Source of the DNA: a virus
Taxonomy: Duplodnaviria; Caudoviricetes
Reading direction: 5' to 3' (one strand)
DNA length: 64,000 nt
Virus record (IMG/VR): IMGVR_UViG_3300028667_000050
Span: 16,957-80,956 of that record
Part shown: in pieces, positions 1 through 9,582 of the stretch
Position numbering within the stretch: position 1 is the stretch's first letter
Layout: every line of letters begins with the position of its first letter
Made by a program: the position numbers and the translations under genes
Notes under the pieces: model-generated
Database searches by the model: none
What the model was told of the DNA's origin: nothing
The model's input: only the letters and a program-made list of their open reading frames with translations

Positions 1-1
1 G

Positions 2-127
2 CCCATTGGTACCCTGGGTACCGTGACTGGCGTGGACGATACCGGAAGCGTCTTAGTGGATTGGGACAATGGTTCAGGCCTAAACGTAATTTTTGGAAAA
101 GATATTTGCAGAAAGGTGACAACTTAA
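2..127 (+). CDS. DUF4314-like protein, 3' end (partial)
   Basis: Manual translation PIGTLGTVTGVDDTGSVLVDWDNGSGLNVIFGKDICRKVTT*; paralog at 55031-55255. Confidence 0.8.
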   Translation, partial: PIGTLGTVTGVDDTGSVLVDWDNGSGLNVIFGKDICRKVTT

Positions 128-128
128 A

Positions 129-305
129 ATGAATGCTACGGTCAAAGAGCAAATCTTAGATATTAGGAATACCGGACTGACGAATATGGTTGACGCTAAC
201 ATGGTGCAGTTCCTGGCCAACCAGAAAGGCTACGTTGAACTTATTGTTTTTATTGAGGAGCATAAGCGCGAATATGTGCGTTTCATCCTGACCGGCGAAG
301 AGTAA
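129..305 (+). CDS. DUF5049-like small protein (58 aa)
   Basis: Manual translation MNATVKEQILDIRNTGLTNM...YVRFILTGEE*; paralog at 55268-55441. Confidence 0.8.
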   Translation: MNATVKEQILDIRNTGLTNMVDANMVQFLANQKGYVELIVFIEEHKREYVRFILTGEE

Positions 306-333
306 AAAGATACTGTATACTTGCCGAATATCG

Positions 334-365
334 CTTGCTATTATGCACACTAAGAGCGAATATGT
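334..365 (+). promoter_or_regulatory. Conserved promoter-like motif CTTGCTA-N13-GAGYGAWWT(A)TG, copy 1
   Basis: Near-identical copies at 54265 and 55471, each just upstream of an RBS and gene. Confidence 0.6.
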
Positions 366-394
366 GTATAACAAAAAACAAGGAGGCAGGCATT

Positions 395-751
395 ATGATA
401 AAGATTAACGCATTTGAGAAGGCAGACAGAACCAAGGGGTTTAAAGAGCAGGGGTTAAGCGGCAACATTTACTGGGCTTACAGATACAGCCAGGAAGCAG
501 GCAGCGACCTGCTGGACTTTAACGAAGCCATTTTTGACGAGGATGTTGAAGAGATTGTAAAGTTCTGCAGAGAGCAGGGCATCAAGGAATTTACGATTTC
601 CAGCAACTTTTCCGGCCTGGTCAGCACCCTGGACGCTTTCGACAAGCTGGGCTGCAAGATGAACGGCCTTACCCAGGTACCGCTGCGGTTTACCGAAGGC
701 TACGGTTCAGAAAAGCACAAAGTTGTACCGGCCATCAAGATGAGCTTATAG
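395..751 (+). CDS. Conserved hypothetical protein (DUF7698-like)
   Basis: AGGAGG RBS, ORF MIKINAFEK...IKMSL; typical of this element family. Confidence 0.7.
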   Translation: MIKINAFEKADRTKGFKEQGLSGNIYWAYRYSQEAGSDLLDFNEAIFDEDVEEIVKFCREQGIKEFTISSNFSGLVSTLDAFDKLGCKMNGLTQVPLRFTEGYGSEKHKVVPAIKMSL

Positions 752-763
752 GAGGCGCGCGTT

Positions 764-988
764 ATGTGGAGAACAGGAGCAATGCTGATTCGCGGTAAGG
801 TTTACAAGTACCAGGTCAAGGTGTACGAGGCAGGCAGTGAGTACGGTATCGAAGGCGGGAAGATTTCCAAGGCTTATGTTTCCAGGGATGGCATAGCGGT
901 AGTAAACTACGACCGGGGCTGGAACCTGGAGCCGGTGGACGAAGGAGCTGCCCTGGCCTTAGGGATTTTGCTAAAGGAACATAACTAA
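764..988 (+). CDS. Conserved hypothetical protein (DUF7678-like)
   Basis: GGAGG RBS; 74-aa ORF with KISK...YDRGW motif. Confidence 0.7.
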   Translation: MWRTGAMLIRGKVYKYQVKVYEAGSEYGIEGGKISKAYVSRDGIAVVNYDRGWNLEPVDEGAALALGILLKEHN

Positions 989-997
989 ATAAAAAAT

Positions 998-1056
998 GAA
1001 CAGCGGCCGCAAGGCTCTGTTCGTCGTACAGTCGCTGCAAGGCGGCTATTTTTATT
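998..1056 (+). terminator. Two tandem GCAA-tetraloop hairpins followed by a T-run
   Basis: gaacagcggcc-gcaa-ggctctgttc and agtcgct-gcaa-ggcggct-attttt. Confidence 0.5.
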
Positions 1057-1076
1057 ACCCAGAAAGGGAGGTAACG

Positions 1077-2681
1077 GTGCTGCGCAAGTTAAAAAGATAT
1101 AAGGCCACAAAGTTTAAGGCCAAGGACTCTAAATACAGCAGGGAAGCAGCAGACTATGCCGTTAACTTCATAGAATGTTTGTGTCACACCAAAGGCACCT
1201 GGGCAGGCAAGCCTTTTGAGCTTATAGACTGGCAGGAGCAGATTATCCGTGATATCTTTGGTACCTTAAAGCCCAATGGGTATAGGCAGTTCAATACGGC
1301 CTATATAGAGATACCAAAGAAGCAGGGCAAGTCTGAGCTGGCTGCCGCAGTAGCCTTGCTTTTATGCTGCGGGGATAATGAGGAAAGGGCGGAGGTGTAT
1401 GGCTGTGCGGCCGACCGACAGCAGGCCTCCATTGTTTTTGAAGTGGCTGCGGACATGGTGCGCATGTGCCCGGCTTTAAATAAGAGAATAAAGATACTGG
1501 CTTCTCAGAAGCGTATTATTTTTCAGCCTACGAACAGCTTTTACCAGGTCCTATCGGCAGAGGCCTATTCCAAGCACGGCTTTAATATACATGGAGTGGT
1601 TTTTGATGAGCTGCATACCCAGCCTAACAGGAAGCTCTTTGATGTAATGACTAAGGGCTCCGGTGATGCCAGGATGCAGCCTTTGTATTTCCTGATTACC
1701 ACGGCCGGAACGGATACCAATTCCATCTGCTATGAAACACACCAGAAGGCTAAGGACATCCTGGAAGGCAGGAAGCACGATGCCACCTTCTATCCGGTAA
1801 TATACGGAGCGGCTGAAACGGATGACTGGACTGATCCCAAGGTGTGGAAAAGGGTGAATCCGTCCTTAGGCATTACCGTGGGCATAGATAAGGTGAAAAC
1901 AGCCTGCGAGTCTGCCAAGCAGAATCCGGGAGAAGAGAACTCCTTCAGGCAGCTCAGGCTCAACCAGTGGGTGAAGCAGTCCATTAGGTGGATGCCTATG
2001 GATAAGTGGGACGCCTGTGGTTTCAAGGTTTCTGAAGAGCAGCTGGAGGGAAGGGTATGTTATGGCGGACTGGACCTGTCCAGCACCACGGATATAACGG
2101 CCTTCGTGCTGGTCTTCCCGCCTTTGGATGAGGAGGATAAGTACTGCGTCCTGCCATATTTCTGGATACCGGAAGAGAGCATGGATCTAAGGGTGATGCG
2201 TGACCATGTCCCTTACGATGTCTGGCAGAAGCAGGGTTTCTTAGAAACAACGGAAGGGAACGTGGTTCATTATGGGTACATAGAAAAGTTCATAGAAGAA
2301 CTGGGAACCAGGTTTAATATTCGTGAGATAGCCTTTGACCGTTGGGGTGCTGTGCAGATGGTGCAGAATTTAGAGGGCATGGGCTTTACCGTAGTTCCCT
2401 TTGGCCAGGGTTTTAAGGATATGTCACCTCCTACCAAGGAGCTGATGAAGCTGACCTTGGAAGAGCGACTTGCTCACGGAGGGCATCCTGTACTAAGGTG
2501 GATGATGGACAACATCTTCATCCGTACTGATCCTGCCGGCAACATAAAAGCTGACAAAGAAAAATCCACAGAGAAGATTGACGGTGCCGTAGCCACGATA
2601 ATGGCTCTTGATCGTGCAATTCGCTGTGGAAATGATAATGGTGCTTCTGTCTATGATGACAGAGGTATTTTGTTTGTGTAG
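1077..2681 (+). CDS. terL: Terminase large subunit
   Basis: Walker A EIPKKQGKS, Walker B VVFDELH, nuclease GLDLSSTTD and KIDGAVA; GTG start after GGGAGG. Confidence 0.95.
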   Translation: MLRKLKRYKATKFKAKDSKYSREAADYAVNFIECLCHTKGTWAGKPFELIDWQEQIIRDIFGTLKPNGYRQFNTAYIEIPKKQGKSELAAAVALLLCCGDNEERAEVYGCAADRQQASIVFEVAADMVRMCPALNKRIKILASQKRIIFQPTNSFYQVLSAEAYSKHGFNIHGVVFDELHTQPNRKLFDVMTKGSGDARMQPLYFLITTAGTDTNSICYETHQKAKDILEGRKHDATFYPVIYGAAETDDWTDPKVWKRVNPSLGITVGIDKVKTACESAKQNPGEENSFRQLRLNQWVKQSIRWMPMDKWDACGFKVSEEQLEGRVCYGGLDLSSTTDITAFVLVFPPLDEEDKYCVLPYFWIPEESMDLRVMRDHVPYDVWQKQGFLETTEGNVVHYGYIEKFIEELGTRFNIREIAFDRWGAVQMVQNLEGMGFTVVPFGQGFKDMSPPTKELMKLTLEERLAHGGHPVLRWMMDNIFIRTDPAGNIKADKEKSTEKIDGAVATIMALDRAIRCGNDNGASVYDDRGILFV

Positions 2682-2732
2682 ATGTGGTGGTATAATATGA
2701 AAATAGAGAACATTTATGAGGAGATGGGGTAT

Positions 2733-3694
2733 ATGTTTAAGAAAACAAGTCTATTAGCATTGTTACTAGTGTTTATTTGTGCTTCAACAGGGTTGTGTTC
2801 AGTACCAAAACCAACAAAGCGTATTTTTTTATTTTATAAAGTTTCAGATGCTGTATTGATGTGTCAAAATTCAGATGATGATATGGAAAAGGGTAAAGTT
2901 GAATTTGAAAAGGAACTAAGTAATCATTATAGCAAAAGATTTATCGTTGATGGCGTAAAATATTTACCGGAACAACCAAGACTTTCAGCTGAAGAATACT
3001 TAGCAATGGTCAAACAAAATGAAACTCCTTTCATCCTAATGTTAAAATTAAACGGAACTGGAACAACAACAGCAACTTTTCAGAATATGTTTGGTGCAAC
3101 AAAATCAGTGGTATTGCCTACAATAAAAATTATTAGAAATGAGTATGTTGTTGATAGAGCTGATCATAGTATTTATGGAGTTGCCTATGGAGAGGCAGAA
3201 TATCATTCTAATGCAATGGCCGCAGGCGGTAATATATATTCTAATACAGATACAAGGAAGACAACAAAAATGGAATAAGAGGGTATCTCAGAGATTATAG
3301 TATATATCAAGGAGATAGAATAAATAAGTATGCTGATATGGATAAATTTAATGCATACAATGATGCTTATACTGGAAATTTTAAAAAACGTGATATTGAA
3401 TTGTTAGCTATTAATTCAAATGTTCCATATTTAGGGGTTTACGCTAATAATCTTGTTGTAGCTTCTTGTACGCCAGATTATCCTATGGCTAAATCTGGTT
3501 GTCTTGTTAACGACAAAATTATGGCTATTAATGGAGAGGCTATTGCTGATGATAATGATTTTACTGAGATTATGAAAAAATATAAACCAGGAGATAACCT
3601 TAAAGTTACTATTATGCGTAACGGACAAGAGAAAACTCTTAGCGTTGTCCCTGTAGCAAGAAGTTTGGATATATTTAAAAATAATAAAATATAA
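2733..3694 (+). CDS. Secreted PDZ-domain protein (moron); one gene split by a frameshift in an A-run near 3266
   Basis: Signal peptide; adding one A joins the two ORFs (TTKNGIRGYLRDY...ADMDKF); C-terminal YLGV...GDKIMAING-like PDZ signature; AT-rich; TGGTATAAT at 2688. Confidence 0.7.
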
Positions 3695-3763
3695 AACTTT
3701 TTCAGAAAAGCACTTATGCGTAAAGCGTAGGTGCTTTTCTTATGCCCAAAATTAGAAAGGAGA

Positions 3764-5062
3764 GTGGTTATACTGAACGTTTTTACAAAGCTTTTTAAGT
3801 CCAGGGATAAGCCTGTGAACAGTACAGCAGGAGGTGCCTACGGGTTCTTCTTTGGAGGAAGTAATTCCGGCAAGAGAGTTACGGAACGCAGCTCCATGCA
3901 GATGACAGCAGTCTATTCCTGCGTAAGGATACTGGCAGAGGCGGTGGCAGGACTGCCCTTGCACCTATACAAGTATAACGATAGCGGAGGAAAGGAAAAG
4001 GCACTTGCCATGCCATTGTACTTTCTGCTTCACGATGAACCCAATGAAGAGATGACGTCATTTGTCTTTAGGGAAACCCTTATGACGCATCTGCTCCTAT
4101 GGGGTAATGCCTATGCCCAGGTTATTCGTAACGGCAAGGGAGAAGTGGTGGCCCTGTATCCGTTAATGCCCAACCGCATGAGGGTGGACAGAGACAGTAA
4201 GGGTAACATTTACTACGAATACCTTCACAATACGGATGAGGCAGCTACCATGAAGGAAAGCATGGTGCAGCTTAAGCCCACAGATGTGCTCCACATACCG
4301 GGGCTTGGTTTTGACGGCCTGGTGGGATATTCTCCTATTGCCATGGCCAAGAATGCCATTGGTATGGCCATAGCCTGTGAGGAGTACGGAGCTAAGTTCT
4401 TTGCTAACGGGGCAACGCCCGGTGGTATTTTAGAACATCCGGGAGTGGTAAAGGATCCTGCTAAGGTAAGGGAGAGCTGGAACACAGCCTTCGGTGGCAG
4501 TATAAACTCCAACAAGGTAGCGGTTCTGGAAGAGGGCATGAAGTATACGCCAATATCCATTTCCCCGGAACAGGCACAGTTTTTAGAAACAAGAAAATTT
4601 CAACTTAACGAGATAGCTCGAATTTTCCGCATCCCTCCCCATATGGTGGGAGACCTGGAGAAGTCGAGCTTTTCTAATATAGAGCAACAATCCCTGGAAT
4701 TTGTGAAATATACTCTGGAGCCCTGGCTTATTCGTTGGGAGCAGGCTTTAATGCGAGTGCTTTAACGCCCCAGACCAAGGAGAAATATTTCATCAAGTTT
4801 AATGTGGACGGACTTTTGCGTGGAGGATTACCAGAGCCGGATGAACGGCTATGCCACGGCAAGGCAGAACGGCTGGATGAGTGCGAACGATATTCGTGAG
4901 CTGGAGAACCTGGACCGTATCTCACCGGAAGCAGGCGGGGACTTATACCTTATTAACGGCAATATGACCAAACTTGCCGATGCAGGAATATTCGCAGCTT
5001 CGGCTGGAAAGGAGAATACTACAAGTGAAGAAGTTTTGGAAGTGGAAAAAACAAGACGGTAA
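3764..5062 (+). CDS. Portal protein, HK97 family (two 1-nt indels near 4762 and 4825)
   Basis: TAVYSCVRILAE, HIPGLGFDGLVGYSP, FRIPPHMVG; C-terminus continues in 4802-5062; paralog 60497-61753. Confidence 0.92.
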
Positions 5063-5088
5063 GCAATCAGGAAACAGGAGAGGAAACA

Positions 5089-5772
5089 GTGGAAAGAACA
5101 CTGTTCCTTAATGGTACCATTGCCGAGGAAAGCTGGTTTGATGACGATGTAGTAACGCCTAAGCTTTTTAAGGAAGAGCTGATGGACGGAGCAGGAGACG
5201 TAACCATTTGGATTAACAGCCCGGGTGGTGACTGCGTGGCTGCGGCTCAGATCTATACCATGCTTATGGACTACAAAGGTAAGGTTACCGTAAAGATTGA
5301 CGGTATGGCTGCCAGTGCTGCCTCCGTCATTGCAATGGCAGGAAACAGGGTGCTTATGAGTCCGGTGTCCATGCTCATGATTCACAATCCGGCAACTGTG
5401 GCTTTTGGAGATAAGGGCGAGTTTCAAAAAGCCATCGACATGCTGGCAGAAGTAAAGGAATCCATTATCAACGCCTATGAAATCAAAAGCTCTCAGTCCA
5501 GGGCGAAGATTAGCCACCTCATGGATGCAGAAACCTGGATGAATGCCAATAAGGCTGTAGAACTTGGCTTTGCAGACGGCATCTTGCAAAGAAAGACAGA
5601 AGATGAAGATTTGGAAGAACCGCATGTATCTATGATGTGTTCCAAAATGGCGGTAACAAACTCTTTAAGAGATAAGCTTGCTGCCAGATGCCATATTGAG
5701 AAACCAGTAGTACCTGAACGTTCAATTGATGAATGTTTGGCTGAGTTAAATAAATTAAAAATAAAATTATAG
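5089..5772 (+). CDS. ClpP-like prohead protease
   Basis: INSPGGD, AASAASVIAM, MLMIHNP, AETWM motifs. Confidence 0.93.
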   Translation: MERTLFLNGTIAEESWFDDDVVTPKLFKEELMDGAGDVTIWINSPGGDCVAAAQIYTMLMDYKGKVTVKIDGMAASAASVIAMAGNRVLMSPVSMLMIHNPATVAFGDKGEFQKAIDMLAEVKESIINAYEIKSSQSRAKISHLMDAETWMNANKAVELGFADGILQRKTEDEDLEEPHVSMMCSKMAVTNSLRDKLAARCHIEKPVVPERSIDECLAELNKLKIKL

Positions 5773-5785
5773 GAGGAGTGTAAGA

Positions 5786-6967
5786 ATGACTATTAACGAA
5801 TTAAGAGAAAAGAGAGCGAAGGTTTGGGAAGATACCAAAGCCTTCCTGGAAAGCCATCGTACTGAAAAAGGTACCATTTCTGCAGAAGATGAAGTTACCT
5901 ACAATCGTATGATGAAGGATATTGATGACTTGGGTAAGGAAATTACTAGATTGGAAAAGCAGGAAGCCTTTGATAAAGAACTGTCTAAGGTTATTGGTGC
6001 TCCGCTTACCAATCGTCCCGGTGCTGCCGGCATTATGGATGAAGACGAGAAGCTGAAACCTGCTCGTGCCAGAAAAGGTTATGCCCAGGACTTACTGAAG
6101 GCTATGCGTTCCAACTTCAAACAGGTATCTAATCTGTTGCAAGAAGGCGTTGATGCCGATGGCGGGTATCTGGTACCTGAGGAATATGATGAGAAACTTG
6201 TAACAGCGCTAGAGCAAGATAATATTATGCGTACTTTAGCACGTAAAATTGCTACTTCTGCTGAACGCAAGATTAACATCGCAGCTACTAAGCCGGCTGC
6301 AGCTTGGATTGAAGAAGGTGGCGCTTTAGTGTTTAGTGATGCTACCTTTGGACAGACCTTACTGGATGCTCACAAGCTCCATGTAGCTATTAAGATTACC
6401 GAGGAACTATTATATGATAATGTTTTTGACTTAGAGAACTATATCATTACTGAGTCCGGTAAAGCTATTGCAAACGCAGAAGAGGATGCTTTCTTAAATG
6501 GTGATGGTAAAGGAAAACCACTAGGTGTCTTTGCTGAAACAGGTGGTGGTACCGTAGCTAATACTTTGACTGCGGCTATTAAGTCCGATGATGTTTTAGA
6601 TCTAATTTATGCCTTAAGGAGACCTTATCGTAGAACTGCAAAGTTTATTTTAAACGACCAGACTTTGTTGTCTTTGCGTAAGTTAAAGGATAACAATGGT
6701 GCATATATGTGGCAGCCTTCCTACCAGGCAGGTGAGCCGGATAAGCTTTTAGGGTATGAAGTTTATACTTCTACCTATGCACCTAAGACTGCGATTTCTT
6801 TTGGTGACTATAGCTACTACACTATTGGTGATCGCGGTGTTAGATCTATACAGGAACTGCGTGAGCTCTTTGCCGGTAATGGCATGATTGGTTATGTAGT
6901 TAAGGAACGTGTAGATGGCAAGCTTATTCTGCCGGAAGCAGTGCAAATTCTTAAACTGCAAGCCTAG
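5786..6967 (+). CDS. Major capsid protein, HK97 fold
   Basis: GGYLVPEE, coiled-coil delta domain, ERVDGK C-terminus. Confidence 0.95.
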   Translation: MTINELREKRAKVWEDTKAFLESHRTEKGTISAEDEVTYNRMMKDIDDLGKEITRLEKQEAFDKELSKVIGAPLTNRPGAAGIMDEDEKLKPARARKGYAQDLLKAMRSNFKQVSNLLQEGVDADGGYLVPEEYDEKLVTALEQDNIMRTLARKIATSAERKINIAATKPAAAWIEEGGALVFSDATFGQTLLDAHKLHVAIKITEELLYDNVFDLENYIITESGKAIANAEEDAFLNGDGKGKPLGVFAETGGGTVANTLTAAIKSDDVLDLIYALRRPYRRTAKFILNDQTLLSLRKLKDNNGAYMWQPSYQAGEPDKLLGYEVYTSTYAPKTAISFGDYSYYTIGDRGVRSIQELRELFAGNGMIGYVVKERVDGKLILPEAVQILKLQA

Positions 6968-6977
6968 GAGGGACTAG

Positions 6978-7250
6978 ATGAGTGACAAGCTGATAACGGT
7001 AGAAGAGGCCAAGGCATATTTAAGGATAGATGGGGATGAGGAAGACAACCTCATCTCCTCTCTTATTATCCTGGCCCAGGACTGCTGTGAAGACATCCTC
7101 CGGTATGAACTTACTGAAGAATTAATGGAACCTCCCATTAAGCAGGCTGTTCTGATTCTTGTCACTCACTTCTATGAAGAACGCAGTGGCGAGGATGTGC
7201 CGGAAGTGGTTTATACCTTGCTAAGACCTTACAGAAAGGCAGAGTGGTAG
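6978..7250 (+). CDS. Head-tail connector (gp6-like)
   Basis: AKAYLRID...ED.LI..LI, HFYEER; position after capsid. Confidence 0.88.
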   Translation: MSDKLITVEEAKAYLRIDGDEEDNLISSLIILAQDCCEDILRYELTEELMEPPIKQAVLILVTHFYEERSGEDVPEVVYTLLRPYRKAEW

Positions 7251-7251
7251 G

Positions 7252-7581
7252 ATGAATCCAGGACAGTTAAACAGTAGGGTAACCCTTAAGCACCTGGCTA
7301 AAACAGAGGATGAAGCAGGAGGTTATGCTGAAAACTATGTGGAGTATGCCAAGGTGTGGGCCAAGCTGGTAAATAAGACGGTCAGCAAGGAACTGGATGC
7401 TGAAGAAGTTATGACCATTTCTGATTATGAAATAACCATGAGGTACCGGAGGGACGTGCTTTTTACCGATAGATTATATATCGGCACTAGGGAGTTTGAG
7501 CAGATAGCGCCTGCGGTTAATATCATGGAGAAAAATAGTTACTTGAAGCTTATTGCCAGGGAGGTGCCACAAGATGCCTAA
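7252..7581 (+). CDS. Head closure / head-tail adaptor
   Basis: MNPGQLNSRV...VWAK...ITMRYR. Confidence 0.85.
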   Translation: MNPGQLNSRVTLKHLAKTEDEAGGYAENYVEYAKVWAKLVNKTVSKELDAEEVMTISDYEITMRYRRDVLFTDRLYIGTREFEQIAPAVNIMEKNSYLKLIAREVPQDA

Positions 7582-7944
7582 TACTACACTTACCGTAGAA
7601 GGCCTTACTAAAACTTTAGGAAGAATAAAGACGGTACGCTTGGCCATGAGTGATGTTTTAGATAAGAGTACTAAGGAAGGTGCCAGAAAGATTCAGAAGG
7701 CAGGCCAAGAAAAAGGCTACCGAAGGATACCGGCAGATTAAGAAAAAGTATCAAGGTTAAGAAGATGAAAAAGGGTGGTGTAGGTTACTTCGTTAAACCC
7801 TATTCCTACATTGCCCATTTTCATGAGTATGGTACTAAAAAGGGCATAAAGCCTAAACACTTTATGAAAGAGAGCCGGGAAGAAGTGCTGCCGGAAGTAC
7901 AAGAAGATATCATGAAGAAAATAGGGGAGGTGGTGGATAAGTAA
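7574..7944 (+). pseudogene. HK97 gp10-like tail completion protein, frameshifted as sequenced
   Basis: Fragments include TG.LRKSI and YIAHFHEYGT..PKHFM; position in tail module. Confidence 0.7.
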
Positions 7945-8320
7945 TGCTGCTGGAAGTTAATAAGGCTATTTTTGATAAACTTGTAGCTTGCTCCGGCTGC
8001 CAGGTTTTTGACAGCGTACCGGAGAACAAGAAGAAACCCTATGTAGTACTGGCAGAAGTAGAAAGCACTCCCTGGGACTCCAAGACCACCAAAGGTTTTG
8101 AAGTATCAGCGGGGAGTGCTTATTTATTCAGACTATAAGGGTGATAAGGAAATAAACAACATAACGGAGAGAATCCGTGCTGCTTTTACCGATACCGACT
8201 ACGACTTAGGACCTAGCCTGAAAGTCATCACTCAGTCTTTAGACCTAGTAAAAGTAGAACGTGTAGAGGAATATAGGCAGGGAACGATTAACATAAAGCT
8301 CAAATATACAAGAAAGATAG
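7944..8320 (+). pseudogene. Tail terminator (DUF3168-like), frameshifted as sequenced
   Basis: VFDSVP...PYVVL..W.SKT..G.EV, continuing in a second frame (IYSDYKG.KE). Confidence 0.65.
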
Positions 8321-8473
8321 TGCTTAGTAAGACCTTGGACCTAGTGAGTGGCTGCATATACGACTTTAGTTGTAGACCTAAGGTCGTATATACATCCTTA
8401 GACCTAAGTCTAAAGTCTTAGCACTACGACCTTGGACCTATTGGTCCTAAAACAAAGAAGGAGGAGAAAGAAT

Positions 8474-8905
8474 ATGAGTACACCAGTAGATGGCGTAGAT
8501 TTTTTGATTTCAGTAAATACCGGTACTGACGAAGCACCTAAATATGAAGTTTTAGGTGGCCAACGCAGCGCCACTTTTAAAAGACAAGCAGATGAGATTG
8601 ATGCCAGCTCTAAGACCAGTGAAGGCTGGAAGGATACTATTCCGGGCCTTAGAAGCTGGGGCATTGATGCAGATGCCTTAGTCCTGGAAGGTGATGCCGC
8701 TTATGCAAAGCTGGACGAATGCTATATGAACAGAAAGCCTGTGGACGTGAAGTATGCCAGACAGGATGGTTCTTTCTGGACAGGCAAGGCTACTATCACA
8801 GACTTAAGTGAATCCAGTCCGCATAATGATGTTGCAACTTATACACTTACATTATCCGGTATTGGTAAGCCGGTAAGAACTGAAGCAACAACGGTAGGAG
8901 GTTAA
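8474..8905 (+). CDS. Major tail (tube) protein, TP901-1-like
   Basis: GGQRSATF, IDASSKTSEGW..IPGLRSW.IDADAL. Confidence 0.88.
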   Translation: MSTPVDGVDFLISVNTGTDEAPKYEVLGGQRSATFKRQADEIDASSKTSEGWKDTIPGLRSWGIDADALVLEGDAAYAKLDECYMNRKPVDVKYARQDGSFWTGKATITDLSESSPHNDVATYTLTLSGIGKPVRTEATTVGG

Positions 8906-8908
8906 TAG

Positions 8909-9274
8909 ATGATGATATACATCAATTTGGATGGGAAAGAACGTTCTCTGCGTTATGACATTAATGCCGTAACGGCAGTAGAGGAGGTATTTGGAGGTAA
9001 GAGCCTGATTGCCATGCTGGCCAATCCGGCCTATTTTGGTTTTTCTTTAATCCGTGCCTTGCTTTGGGGCGGGTTAAAGCATAAGGAAAAAGGTCTTACT
9101 TTAGACCGAACCGGTATACTCTTACAGGAGTTTCTGCAAAAAGGCGGTACCTTGGGGGATGTTTCCGGCAAAATAAATGAAGCCTTGGTAGAAGCCGGCA
9201 TCTTAAGGCAAGCCCAAGAGGAGCCTGATGAAGATACGGGGGAAAAGGAACAAGCTCCTGCACAGAATTTGTAG
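8909..9274 (+). CDS. Tail assembly chaperone
   Basis: Between tail tube and TMP; LRYDINA motif. Confidence 0.75.
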   Translation: MMIYINLDGKERSLRYDINAVTAVEEVFGGKSLIAMLANPAYFGFSLIRALLWGGLKHKEKGLTLDRTGILLQEFLQKGGTLGDVSGKINEALVEAGILRQAQEEPDEDTGEKEQAPAQNL

Positions 9275-9582
9275 GTTCAATTCTTAAATTAGCGATAGTA
9301 GAACTTAAACTGAAACCGTGGGAGCTTGGCAAGCTTACTGTCCGGGAATTTAAAGAAGCATTGGAATACAAACGCAGCATTGGCAAGGCGGAGTTTATCC
9401 GCGATGCCGAGCTGGCCACTATTATTATCAACGCCTGTGGCTGTAATCTTAAGAAAAGTATAGCCGTACAGGATATTCTGGGCTTCGATCCGTACAAGAA
9501 ACCGGAAGTAGTAAAGAGTAAGGAAGAACAGGAAGATGAATTGCATTACCTTAAAAATAAGATGGGAGGTGAAGGTAAATGA
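9238..9582 (+). CDS. Chaperone extension (gpGT-like) in the -1 frame
   Basis: The -1 frame is open from 9232 to 9582; GGGGGAAAAG run at 9238-9247 lies in the overlap. Confidence 0.55.
   Translation, partial: GGKGTSSCTEFVGSILKLAIVELKLKPWELGKLTVREFKEALEYKRSIGKAEFIRDAELATIIINACGCNLKKSIAVQDILGFDPYKKPEVVKSKEEQEDELHYLKNKMGGEGK

Noticed and set aside
4849-5625. 258-aa minus-strand ORF and similar long antisense ORFs (60818-61909, 62618-63568, 55488-56657)
   Set aside because: Shadows of well-supported + strand genes; no RBS or domain motifs
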